Source: Chrysomallon squamiferum
Taxonomy: Eukaryota > Animalia > Mollusca
Reading direction: 5' to 3'
Length of the DNA: 64,000 nucleotides
Assembly: GCA_012295275.1 (NCBI GenBank)
Contig: CM022677.1
Coordinates: 1,798,001-1,862,000, forward strand
In this document: positions 1-13,571 of the stretch, piece by piece
How positions within the stretch are numbered: the stretch's first letter is position 1
How the letters are laid out: each line of letters opens with the position of its first letter
Notes under the pieces: model-generated
What the model was told of the DNA's origin: nothing
The model's input: the letters and a program-made list of their open reading frames with translations, nothing else
Database searches by the model: none
Translations under genes and position numbers: made by a program

Positions 1-740
1 ACCATCATAACACATTTGTGAACAGCAGTATTTAAACATACTCTAATTAATACGCATTGGAAAATTACCCGATTTATACCATCAGCCAGTTTCCTTCATC
101 TGCAGTCATAAAGCAAACCAGTTTTCATTTTGTGTCGTATTTCATCAGTAAAGTTTTTATTTTCTATGTAGCTATATTTAAAAAAAACTGAAATAAAAAA
201 AACTTTCACTGCTATTCAGCTTGGTACGGTGTGACAACTTCATTAGTGCCTCTTTGCCAGACTTGTTTTTAATTGTAATTTTGTTTTCTTTGAAGTGAAT
301 TATAGAATATTAACTAAATCTTTATTTTTATATGCCCCTTAAAGCAGAATGTCTGCTACATTTTATCTTAAATATCTTATTATATTACCATAATATTTAT
401 TTAGTTATGTTGTATAATCATGTTTATAATTTATATTTTTACAGTCCTTAACTCTTTACGTGATTAATGACAGAAAATAGGGTTAAATACACAAAAACTA
501 AATAGCAGAGCCTAAATCTATTACTGTTGAATTTTTCATAGTGTTATTCTATTACATTTATAAAAACAAAGATAACGTATTTTAATAATTAAAATATTAT
601 TTAGAACGATCAAGTAACCAACTGGGCTGAATTAGTTTTGTATTATTTGTCAACGCTATTTGCTTTGATAACGTATCGTCGAATCGTGCGATTTAACTAT
701 GTAACCATATATTACCCTTGAGGGTTAATTTGTGTAAACA

Positions 741-778
<38 letters not shown>

Positions 779-3099
779 ATTATCCATACTGAATTCGTGT
801 TTGTGGTATTGTTCTCTTGTGGATACAGAATAGTCATTTAATAGTTAAGCTGTCTGAGATAATTAACACCTTGTCACGTGATGCTATTATAGTCTGCTGC
901 CCTTTCAGGTACTAATACCACTCAGACTAGTCACATGACATATGCACTACCTTCTGATTTCGAGTGAAAATTCCACAGCAAAAGAACGTATACATATCAG
1001 CTATGTCTCTGCAGGAACTCAATTTTAGAAGTAGTTTCACTTGTTAAACAATGGCAGCAATTTGCATGTAATTAGACCACAGTGTGAGAAGAAATGATCA
1101 CACTTCTTTGAAGGATTAATAAACAATGATCCCATGTCTTGTAATAATATCTGCAGCTAGATGAATGAGACTATTTTCATTGTGTTGTGATACTTAAGTA
1201 AATTCACTCATTTACATTTAGTGTGAAAAGTAGAATCTGCATAAATACATGTGAGCACATTTTGTGTTGTTTATTGGATTCATAATGGTCAGAGTGATCT
1301 AAAAGATGACAATGCATTTTAAAGTGAAATTAATAGAAGAGATTTCATCAGATCCATTGTGCAAACAAAAAGATAAGTCACTTAATACAGAAAAACAGAG
1401 ACTAGCTGTCATTCTATCACATAATGACTATCACCAGACAGTGTGCAAAACCAAGATTTTGGCAGAGAGAAAATGAATAAATACTAGCAAGTTAACAAAA
1501 CCTGAACTGATGGTTGCATCAATGCTTTCAGCAAGAAACAAACAACATATCATCCATTTGCAATCTGATTTTAGTTTTTTTATATACAACATGAGAAAAA
1601 TAGAAAAGTTTTTTGTTAAAGCTTTGGTAGGAGAGTACTGTGTTTATGTCTTGTGTTACAAGTTATCTTACACTTTGATGTAATTTAACACATTTTATTT
1701 GTAAACAGTGAATCAAACTGATCTTCCTTTTGTGGCACTAAATTTAAAACAGTATTTATGTTAATGTTACAAAGCCACATTTACTAATAAACTTTGTCTT
1801 TCTTGTTTCTAGAAAATTCAGTGAATACACTTTAACTGATTTTAAAATCCTGGTATTTTTCAGACTGAACTAATAAAAAATTACTGATAACACTGCTTAC
1901 ATTTACACTTTTGTAAATAAACAAAGCTAAGCAAGGCTTTAGCATTCAAGAACTGTTAATAAAAACTATAAATGAAAATATTTTAAAAAATGACTCTTAT
2001 CATTAAATCAAATGAGAAATACAAAGTTTAATAATTTTTAACATCTGTGATTAGTGATTACTATTCATTTTTATTTCAAATCTTTTTTCTTTGTGCTCCA
2101 GAATAAAACTTTAAAAAGAAATTTAAGTCAATATTAAGTTTTAAACAAACATTTGTTAATGAAAACCAACAGTTATCTGCATTTCAGAACTTGAACAAAT
2201 AATAAAAAATGTATTTAGTGACTTGCTGTGAAAACAAACTTTGTCTGTCATCTACAAAGTCTTTCCACAAAGTGATTTTACAGATTATAATAATACTACA
2301 TTATTAGTATTTTAATACTACTACTACTACTGCTACTACTACTATTACTACTACTACTAATAATAATTATAATAATAATGAGAACAGGCACTTGCATAAT
2401 TCTAATATTAATCATGATATAATAGTAGTACTTTCTGTTTACAGTATAAGTAAGAATAAAATAATAACAAGAAAGTGTAGTTAAACTTTTAAAATAATAA
2501 GAACAACAAGAAATTGAAAAAATAAAATTTTAAATTATCAAAAATGATTTTAAATATTTTAGCAAAATATTGAAAGAATGAAAAATAAATATTTAAACAT
2601 CAAAAAGCCAATAATTAGAAGAATGACTTAAACATTAAAGAACCTATGATCAGTCTTTAAAAGACTGAGTCCACAACAGAAATTCATGTTAATAAAACTG
2701 AGACATTATCAAAATAAATCTATCATATATCTTAGTAATAACTATTATACAGTACTTACTAATTATGATGAACACAGCTTCACTCAATTTTTATTTTCAT
2801 CACATATTTTGTAATTATTGTAAAAATATTTCAAAATAAAAACAAAACATAACTGATCAGATGAAGAAAATGCCCTAATTAAATCACTCATCTCAAGCTT
2901 TCCAACTGAAGACAACTCTTACACACAAGACTCTTAGAAGAAAACATCAGGTGACACCTAAAGAATGAGACAACATGTTTGGGAAATGCATATCGGTGTT
3001 TTCTCGTGTTTTAATCACTTGTGCATTTACTGTAACAACAATGTTTTGTTTGTAACTATTCTGTTATGAAGCTTCAGTGACTAACATTTAAACTTGAGC

Positions 3100-3200
3100 T
3101 GTTTATCTATCAGATGTTGTCTACAAGTGGCGAGTTGTTATAAGAATTCAGCCAAGTGGGCGGAGCTACCGATTGCAGCGTCATCTAAAAATAGACGCAG
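3100..3200. promoter_or_regulatory. GC-box-containing promoter-like islet
   Basis: GGGCGGAGC at 3158-3166 in a small CpG-containing patch beside a CpG-free tract. No linked exon identified. Confidence 0.35.
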
Positions 3201-3628
3201 GCAAGAATGTATAGAGGTGCTGTTTGATTTAGTATTATTAGTTGTGGGATTGCTAAGAAAAGGAGAGTTTTGAATTAATACGCTTCAGTATTAGTGGTTT
3301 AGTAAATCGTTGATGGTTAGCAGAATAACATATTATTATGTTAATGTTATTTATAGGTATTTGAAAAGCCCGAATGTCACCGATCAAATCTAATATTTTG
3401 ATTGGACAGTTATTTTTGTACAGGGTCTTCCCCATTTGCACTGGAAATGATGTAATGTTGTGATCTATCGATCCATGTATCGAGCGTCGAATTACTCTGT
3501 TTAAAAAATTAAAGATTATTTCCTAAGTGAACAATAAAATAAAATAATTATAACATACTTTAAAGTAAAATTTTAATAAGTGGTCTTAATATTTAAACAA
3601 TAAAGTGAACATTATAAAGAAAACCATA

Positions 3629-3677
<49 letters not shown>

Positions 3678-3786
3678 AGAAGAAGAAGAAGAAGAACAAT
3701 AATAATAATACATCAATAAATAAAATTAGGGTGTTAGCAACGTTTGTTTAATATCCGTCATTATAATTATATGTAAATAAAAAAAA

Positions 3787-3833
<47 letters not shown>

Positions 3834-4277
3834 AACAAAAAAAAAAAAAAAACACCGACAAACTTACGCTTCATTTCAATAACCATTTTACCACAGTTAA
3901 AACAAAGTTTTATATATTTTTAAGATCTCAACAAACAAAGAAAAAGTCATGTCAAGTAAATTTCTAACAGAATCACAGTGTTATCTTTGTACACAATCTT
4001 CTTAATTTTTACATAAATACTACATTTAGCGGACAGTTTATCTTTGTACACAGTCAACTTAGATTTTATATAAATACTAGATTTAGCGGACATTTTATCT
4101 TTATTTATAAAATTGGTTGTTTTAATTTCATTTTTTTTTTTTTTTTTTTTTTTTTTTCAAAGAAACAATATTTTTCTCAAATGTTTTAAGAATTTTTGTC
4201 ACATAAAGACAATATTAGAAGAAATAATTGTTTTCACCTGAAACTTGACTTGAACCAATATAAACATTTTGCTTCAC

Positions 4278-4372
4278 GGGCTACTGTTTCCAGTTAGCAG
4301 CAAAGAATCATTGATATGAACCATCCCACAGACAGGAGAGTACGTAACATGGTCATTATTATACCAGCTGTG
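4278..4372 (-). mobile_element. Decayed SINE central-domain fragment (resembles the molluscan Nin/Deu-type domain)
   Basis: Reverse complement reads cctgtctgtgggatggttcatatcaatgattctttgctgctaactggaaacagtagccc, recognised from memory as an abundant gastropod SINE core. Not verified. Confidence 0.55.
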
Positions 4373-4626
4373 AAGACTACCAAGTCCAGCTCTACTTGTA
4401 AATAGAAAATTAATTCATTGAATATATAAGTCCACAACAGATAACTCTTGTGCACTTCATAATAAGCTGTACAGGAGTTATCTCCCTTCCATTAACTCAT
4501 TCATACATTCCATTGCTATTAACTGATGGAAAATTTATATTTACGATACTATCCTCTGAACTAATCCTTTCATTCATACTTTTAGTGGGGTTTTTTAAAA
4601 AAGAAAACAATTCCTTCATTTTAATG

Positions 4627-4628
<2 letters not shown>

Positions 4629-4708
<80 letters not shown>

Positions 4709-4773
4709 ACAACATAATCTGTACATTGTAAGTTTTAACTTTTTTCGTTAAACACAAATAATGTTATGTTGTG

Positions 4774-4836
<63 letters not shown>

Positions 4837-5005
4837 GGTGAAATTTAGGATTATTTTTTAAAATCTTCATTTTTTTAATTCGTATTTTAGACACCACCAT
4901 GCATTGCTTAACCTAGGACAGTCACATATATGTATGTGTGTGTGTGTGTGTGTGTGTTAATATGATTATTATTATTTTCATTATTATTATTATTATTATT
5001 ATTAT

Positions 5006-5063
<58 letters not shown>
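4629..5063. repeat. Microsatellite cluster (GA)n, (CT)n, (TG)n, (ATT)n, (AGT)n; representative of dozens across the window
   Basis: Directly visible; such tracts generate most ORF-track entries. Confidence 0.97.
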
Positions 5064-5064
<1 letters not shown>

Positions 5065-5088
5065 TATACGGTTATATATTCTAATTCA

Positions 5089-5634
5089 TGGCCATGTTCC
5101 TGAAGATGTCAACATGACGACTTAGTTAAACAAAAGTCGTTTACTTGTCGTTACGAAGTCGTTTGAAGTCTGTCGTAATAAAGAGAATCACTGTGTGGTT
5201 ATTTTGTTTACTACTCACGCGATGTTCCTATCGTGCAGAGCTTGAAGTTTACCCTCTTGTCAACAGCTATACAATTTTACCGATATCAACACGGAATCAG
5301 TTCATAAATTTCGACCTGTCTGGTGAACTAATAGCCACTTACAGATTAAACATGGTTGAGAAACCAAGAAGATGGTTCAAAACACGCACCAAAATGTCAC
5401 AGACAGGAACTATAATCATTAGCGGATGATGTTAGTGATAATTAGCACGTGATTTTTATGTAGTACGCAGAATGCGCGGTGCGTATCACGCTTGGTTACG
5501 ACATACTTTTAATGAACGACGACGTTAACAACTGTTTGTTAATAACATTCATCAAGACACTTCGAGATCACGAACATCCTGTGAACATATTAACGATATC
5601 GTTGTACACAAAGATGGCTGCGGGAACATGGCCA
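5089..5634. mobile_element. Non-autonomous TIR element (MITE), PIF/Harbinger-like termini
   Basis: Perfect 12-bp TIR tggccatgttcc (5089-5100) / ggaacatggcca (5623-5634), extendable to 17 bp with 2 mismatches. Interior is CpG-rich. TSD unclear (ca/ca), so the superfamily is tentative. Confidence 0.75.
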
Positions 5635-5888
5635 CAGAAAATGAAATTTTTGTTTGCCATTTTTAGTCTCAGTTCTTCGAGAACGTTTTGTTCTTGTTAC
5701 CGATAAAAAATAAACAACCAAAAAACATTATTTTCTTTTACAACAACAAAGTGTATGAAATGATAATAATGATGATGATGATGATGATGATAATAATAAT
5801 AATAATAATAGTAAATACACAAGCGGACAAAAGCGCCCAGGAAACAAATTTTCACTCACAGATGTTTTATATCCGTCTTCTCTCTCTC

Positions 5889-6007
<119 letters not shown>

Positions 6008-6694
6008 AATACCCCTGCTCTTTCACTTTAGAACGCATGACCATAATGTCTCACATACATACATGTAACCTTGTGCACAATTTTTCACACACATATCCTT
6101 ACGTATAAACATGTATTCTATCCTTCACACACATACATTCATTTATATACACATATACATTATCTTTCACACATATACATACATAAAAACACAAATTAAA
6201 TACAAAAATAAACGAACTAAAATTTATGATACAAAACATATGCACATATACACTGTCTCAAACACATATATTCGTACATACACACGCACATATCCACAGA
6301 TTTTATATTCATACACATAAATACTCCAACACATACATATACATACACACATACATACACACATACATACATACTCACAGATACATATATACAAAAACAC
6401 ACACACACAAAAAACATACACACAAAAACACATATCTATAAACACCCACACTAACAGCTGTTTGTCATACATAAGCTCAGTTACACACCCACTCATGCTT
6501 TGACATTCGCACAGATTTCAAATAAAGGTGAATAGAATAAACATGGTGTAAGTTTAAGAAAGGGAGATAAGTAAGGAACCAACTAATAAAAACAAATACG
6601 AATAATTATATTTGTCAACGAGTTTGTTTTGTTTTAACAGTAACACGCTCGCACACAATGACACACAGACATAAACTGATACACACAAAGGCAA

Positions 6695-6740
<46 letters not shown>

Positions 6741-7833
6741 TAGTTTGATTTCGCTGTCGTTGTTATCTTCTAGTTATTGTTGTCTCATTGTAATTTTTCG
6801 ATTTTTACGGAAACTGTTATTCATGCATTGTTAATATTATTATAATTAATATCATTACTGCCGTCGTTGTGGTCTTTTCCTTTAATGTTTTGACTTTCCA
6901 TATTGACATTATCATCATCATCATCATAATTATTATTTTTATCATTATTGTAATCATCATTTGTATTGATGTCGCCGTCGTTGACTTTATTTTGATATTA
7001 TGTTGTAGTTCTAGCTATTGTTTTAAATTTATTGCTGTTATTCCTGTACTGCAATCATTTCTGACGTTGTGATATCGTTGTTGTTAGTGTTTTCTTCATA
7101 AAAGTTGTGATTATCAACGCTGGTGTCGTATCATCGGAGTTTTATTAATGTTGTTGTAGTTCTCATTTAAGTAACTGATATTTTTACCATCTTGTTAATA
7201 TCACTGCTTCCATCGTTGTTATTGTCGTTACGGTTAATCAAAATGTTGCTTCTGTGATGGTTACTGTTTTATATCGTTGTTATATTTTTTACTGTTAATG
7301 TTACTGTTCCCGTTGTTGCTTTTTGTCAGCAATTATTACTAGCAGTAGTAGTGGTATTGTAATAGTAAATGTAGTAACATCGTTGCGCTACATACATGCG
7401 TACATTGATACGCACAACATACACACACACGCCCAATCATACACACCGCAAGCAAATACCATGGAAGTGAAATCAGCTCAACTTACCGTCTTTAGTTATT
7501 TCTTCCTTCATTCACTGCGTCTGACTCGCTACACACTGTAACAGATGGTGGGCCCGCCATCACAGACGGCTTAATATGAATTCGCACAATATTCGTCGGC
7601 CACGGCAGCAGTGTTCGCCACTCGTTTATGTAGACTGGTTGTCACGCCACTGTTCAGCAGTTCACGTGTCTTGTCCCTAAACAAAATGGATGTAATCCGA
7701 AGCTGCGACTGTCATATTTACAAAGTGCACCCTTCGACGGGTCGCAATCAGATTCCTCTCAAATTTGCTGCTCCTCCCGATGCCCGTGTAATCAATGCTA
7801 CTGCGCGACTATATTATTGCGCATGAAGTTCAA

Positions 7834-7925
7834 GGTAAACGGACACTTCCCCACACAGACACTTCCCCACACAGACAATTCCCCACACAGACAATTCCCC
7901 ACTTGGACAAATCCCCACTCCACAC
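7834..7925. mobile_element. Probable MULE terminal repeat with 16-bp subterminal tandem units (cttccccacacagaca)
   Basis: ggtaaacggacacttcccc followed by 4-5 units, ~80 bp downstream of the transposase stop. The partner terminus was not found in the same element. Confidence 0.6.
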
Positions 7926-8002
7926 AGTAGTAGTGACATATACGATACAACGCTTAGAACAGAATTAGTATTTTTTATTCTATTTTAAATCTTACACAAA
8001 GG

Positions 8003-8904
8003 TCAATACCCTTTAAAAAATATCTGAGACAGTCTCGCTGTTGTCACGCCTGTCACTTTGTGCAGCTTTGACTGTGGTTGGTGGGTGTGGCGTCTCACAC
8101 GCTTTGACTGAGGTTTGTGGGTGTGGCGTCTCACACGCTTTGACTGAGGTTTGTGGGTGTGGCGTCTCACACGCTCTGACTGAGGTTTGTGGGTGTGGCG
8201 TCTCACACGCTTTGACTGAGGTTTGTGGGTGTGGCGTCTCACACGCTTTGCTTGTGGCTCACCACGCAGGTCTCGTAGTAAGGCAGCAGCAACCTGGACC
8301 TGATCTTTCCGTTTGCTATCAATGTCTCTCCAGATGGTAGGGTGTGCATGTCCAACTAGCTTTGCAAAGGCGCTGTTCCATCCCTCGCATGTGTTGTTGG
8401 TTCTTGATTCCCCTTCAGGAGTAATGGAAGTGACATTCCATATCGGTGGTTGACTCACTGGAGCATACGACGCATCCTAAGTGGAGGGATGGATCCATCT
8501 GGAAGTTCTGGAGGCTGAATACGACGTAAGGGTCACATAGGTGATGTCAAGGTAGTCAAGGAAGTCAAGGACAGGTTCGAGTCCTTCTGGTATGTGCTCC
8601 TGTGGATATGTCAGACTGTCAGGAACATCATCCACTAGTAAGAACGCGAGTGTTTCTGGTATGTGCTGCTGTAGATATGTCAGACACACAGTGACGTCAT
8701 CCACTAGTAAGAACGCGAGTGTTTCTGGTATGTGCTCCTGTGGATATGTCAGACTGTCAGGAACATCATCCACTAGTAAGAAGGCGAGTCCATCTAGCAG
8801 GCCACAGAAGAGTTTCACGTTCTCCTCTTCTCTATGTCGCTGTACAAGACCAAGAGTCTGGATCTTCCTCCATGTGTCCTGTGTTAGGTGATAGAAGCAG
8901 ACAC
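8003..8904 (-). pseudogene. Mutator-like (MULE) DDE transposase remnant, C-terminal half, frameshifted and with internal tandem expansions
   Basis: Motifs GVCFYHLTQDTWRKIQTLGL (CxxH), LDGLAFL, DYLDITYV, PPIWNV, RTNNTCEGWN (catalytic E region) and HPTIW are characteristic of animal MULE transposases. Split over two frames and preceded by an acceptor-like ttttgtag. Confidence 0.85.
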
Positions 8905-10134
8905 CTACAAAAATCAAATAAATAACAAAACATAGAATCAAACAAAACAAACAAACAAACACCACCACCACCACCACCACCAACATCAACAACAACAATA
9001 ATAAGCCTATTATTATGTGAGTTTGTCCTGCTTTGTTATTACCGCTGTCATTGTGGTCATCGCTGCTGTTAATGTGGTCTTGTTTTTACAGTGGATGGCT
9101 TTTATCTCATGTCACTATTATAAACATTGTCATCATCACTGTTGTCACGGAACCCAGTACATAAGCGGTGTTAGTTTCAAGTGTTAACGAATCTATTAAA
9201 ATATGGCTCGTTTCTTGTCTGGGGATTGCGCCTTTTGTAGACCCGCTGACCGTGTAATTAAAAAAATGTGACTGTTGATTATAATAGATACATATATTTG
9301 CATATACTACAGATATAAACTATATATAATATCAAGTATCCACTATGAACATCAAACCAAACACAATATTTAAATTAGTAAGATAATGATTTATTTTACA
9401 CATGTATACTTATTATTTAGTGGTTGAGGACATGCGAGTTGGCGATAAATGAAATATTATAATTTCTATTTGTTTAATTTTCAGTAGCAGGTTATGTTAT
9501 AAATATATATAACACAAGCTCTCTTAAACACACATATTCACAGTTTCGTTTTAATCTTGAAATAAAGGAAACGAACTAAATCTTTAATAAATATCATTTT
9601 AGAAATAAATACGGAAATAAAATATTGACTAACCTGAAATTGTTATTATTATTTTTATTATTTATTTGCTAAATTTAAAAAATAAATAAATAAAGGGGAG
9701 CAATATATTAATCATCATCATCATCACAGTATAAAGGACAATTACAAATAACAAAAACAACAACAAGACACAAATAAATAAATAAATAAATAAATAAAAA
9801 ACTACAAGGCAGTTTATGTTTCGCTGCCATGACAACTCGTTTATCGATCGACTTCAAGTCGTGTCGCAGCGCTCAAACAAAATTAATAAACTAGGTCACC
9901 CCCCACCCCATACCATCCCATCCAGTTCTCAGTACTCACTGCTGATGTGAATTTCACCTTAAACAATGCACAAACAACTGACGCTTTACAATTATTTCCG
10001 AAGACATTTATTAAACAAATTCAACAACAACGACGACAACAATAAATAAACAGAAACGAACAAATTGAAAATAATAATAATAATAATAATTAAAAATAAA
10101 ATAAAATAAAATATATTAAATAAAAATAAAATAA

Positions 10135-10176
<42 letters not shown>

Positions 10177-10464
10177 AATAGCAACAACGACAATAACATA
10201 AGAACAATAATAATAATAACAATGAGAAAAACAATAATAATAAGAAAAACTAGATAGACTAATTATATGTAACAGTTGCAGCAGTAGTTGTAATTAATTA
10301 ATTTATACGTAACTACATTTTCCAGTACACGAGAAGTAAAACAGCTGGCTAGATGCTGCTCATTTCATTTCACCAACAAATAGTTTTCAGTAAACGCCAA
10401 ACTTTTAGAACAGTAAATAAATAAATAAGTAAATAATCTATATACAGGTTTTCATATTAAATTA

Positions 10465-10519
<55 letters not shown>

Positions 10520-12035
10520 TACTCTTTATTTTTCTCGTTATTATTTAGTTTACTACATGCTAGAGCAGGAATTGATACACGTTTTACAGCACGACAAAAT
10601 ATTTGTATTGGCTCAGGTTAAGTTTATGTGAAAACAATGATTTCTTCTAATATTGTCTTTATGTATCAAACTTTCTTAAAGCATCTTAAAGAAAAATAAT
10701 GAAACAACCATTTGTAACTGTTTTGTACATCCAACACTCATACCATAATCTATATTTAATACTTAATAAATATCCTTAACATTGCCAAAAACTTCTTCAT
10801 TGACGATTTATTGCTTTCATTGGTATCCGAAATGTCACATCTGATTTATTTAAGTGTTCTCTATAATTTCCTTTCTTTTTTCCACTTTTGTTGATAGTAT
10901 TGAGATCTTCCCTCTGATCAATGGCTAACTGTCGCTTGAGAACCAGCAACATGCCCACTGCCTTGTTCATAACAGTTTACTCTGATTTATATGTTGTTAG
11001 CACACAAACCAATACCATTCAATAATGCAAAAACAACAAAAAATCACTAAATTTGAACTAACCGCCATTTCCCGCTTGAAACTTTACTAGCTACTGTTAA
11101 GTTATTTTGCGTGCCACTATACGATCATTGCAACCCTCTGTGAACCCACTTTTCATCAAAGTAACATACATTTTACATCTGCACCCATTACCATCCTTAT
11201 ATAACAAACGTCACGCAACCTAGCCTACATTTTCCTACTGTACTTTTTTCTTTACTTATACCGAATGACATTTGCTTGCATGGTTTTTATTTTTTTATTT
11301 TTGTGTACTGTTCTTACATTATTATATCACATTATTATTGTATTATGTAGCTGTTGTTCGTACTAACATTTTACTGTTTCGGTACATTTTAACGTTTATA
11401 TTTACATTCGCGATTTCCCAGGTTTTTTCTTTTTGCCCGGAAAGCTGCTCGCAACAATTAGTCCATGAAATCGAGGGTCGATAGTAGTATAGTTATAACT
11501 GTTCTGCATTGTTATTTATTTCAAAACGACGAACAACTCTTCTTACGAAACAAAAAACAACGGCTGTTAATTTATATTCACTTTTCAATAGACTGAACAT
11601 AATGAGCCACCTTATCTGTGATGTATTAATCGTATATCACTAGTTAGGTGAAGATTTATTAACAGTTATCGCTGACATATTAAACAGCGTTCTAACCCCA
11701 GAACTAAACCCGATGCATTTGTTCAATGACCCCAGCACGATACACTAAACAGCGCCTTTGTTTACAGCAGAAGATCAAGCATATATTATGATAATGATAT
11801 CGATTGACGTCACAACAAGGGCGAGTAATTCTCTTTGGTTCTCTTACTGAAATACATTGAAGCGACGTTGTTGGAAACATCGCTCTAGAAATACACCGGT
11901 AACAACATTAGTAAAGATTATTATTTCCCGTTCCAGCTAAAGGTTCAAATCAGATACTGATGTTTCTGCCTTCGTATGTTTGAGAAAAAACGCGTAAAAG
12001 ATGTTTATAACAAATTGCTATTAGAATGTATAAAA

Positions 12036-12088
<53 letters not shown>

Positions 12089-12954
12089 GGCGTTGTTATT
12101 GTGTTATTTACATCGTTGGCATTTCCTATTATTTATTTATTTTTTTTATTTTATTTTATTATTATATTTATTTTTTATTTCCTTAATGTTATTTTTTTTT
12201 TTAGGAAATGGATCACCTACTTCCAGAAACCAGACGTGAAAAAAACACATGAGCAGTTGTAACAAGATTTTTGACATTTGCCATTAAATGCCTTCACAAA
12301 CACTGACAACAGAAAAGCTGTTACTTTTATTATTCAGTAACTGAAAATATTTTTAACCCTAAACCTACATTACAGGCACTGTCACTTCACGAATATACCA
12401 ATTTGTAAACTTTTCTCACATCACTAAAACTTAATATTTTTTTTCATTTAGTTGCACAACAAAAATAAACCAGGCATGAAAAGAAACATTTAAAAATTGA
12501 ATAAATAGAAAGGTTAAAAGATTATTTATTCATTAAAAAAAATTCCAAAAATTAAACACCCTTCCCCCACCAACCCGCCTCCTCAGTATAACAAATCTTT
12601 TGACGTTTTTAATTAACGGTGTCTTTTGCATTATTTTCTATGAATACCACATAGGAATGTTGACTAACGTTTTGAGAAGTGAAATTCGATGATGAACAAT
12701 GATCATTGAAACAAAATCCTTTTGTTCAGGTCAAAATCATTTTTGTTTTCTTTTAGGTTTTTTTTTTCAGGTCAAAAATATTTTTTTTTTTTTTTTTTTT
12801 TTTTTATAAAAAATATTATACAGCTAATTTGCTTTTAAATCTGGGCCTTCGTACTCTTTGTATAGTATTTACAAAACCTGTTGTGTTTTATCTTTTGTAT
12901 TCTTTTTTGAAAAGAACGCATTTAAGTAAAATATGTTATCTTTATTCGTCTTTC

Positions 12955-13042
<88 letters not shown>

Positions 13043-13046
13043 TTTT

Positions 13047-13571
13047 ACTCCTGTTCAGTAAGATTATTTTTAGTAATTATTAATCAAATACAAGGCAAAC
13101 ATTCTGCATAAATTATGCTGATTAGACATATATATATATATATATAAAGGAAATAATAATAATAATAAAGTAATAATAAGATAATTTAAAAAAAAAAACT
13201 ACTGGATTTATTGTAACAAACATCTGCGGGAAAAAAAAAAAAATAATAATAAAAATAAAAATAAAATGGCGTGCGTTCTGTTTCACTGAAATAACACTGA
13301 ACGTCCTATTGTTATTATTTACTCCTGTTCAGTAAGATTATTTTTAGTAATTATTAATCAAATACAAGGCAAACATTCTACATACATTATGCTGAGAAAT
13401 TATATGAGAAAAGAAATAAAAATTATAATAATAATAAAGTAATAATAAAATAAGATCATTTAAAAAAAAAAAAAAAAAAAGAACTACTGGATTTATTGTA
13501 ACAAAAAAATAAAATGGCGGTCGTTCTGTTTCACTGAAATAACACTGAGCGTCGTATTGTTATTATTTTAC
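13047..13571. repeat. ~274-bp tandem duplication containing a YY1-type motif (mirrored at ~51687-52198)
   Basis: actcctgttcagtaagattatt at 13047 and 13321; aaaatggcg...cgttctgtttcactgaaataacactga occurs twice. Confidence 0.85.

Noticed and set aside
449-730. piggyBac-like TTAA/AGGGTTAA ends
   Set aside because: Only 8-bp motifs with no convincing paired TIR or body.
2764-2856. C/D-box snoRNA (ATGATGA...CTGA)
   Set aside because: No terminal stem or recognisable rRNA guide; expected by chance in AT-rich DNA.
3253-3441. 62-aa minus-strand ORF
   Set aside because: No recognisable domain or splice context.
11080-11494. Possible TIR element aactttactagctac ... atagtagtatagtt
   Set aside because: Short imperfect AT-rich match with no TSD.
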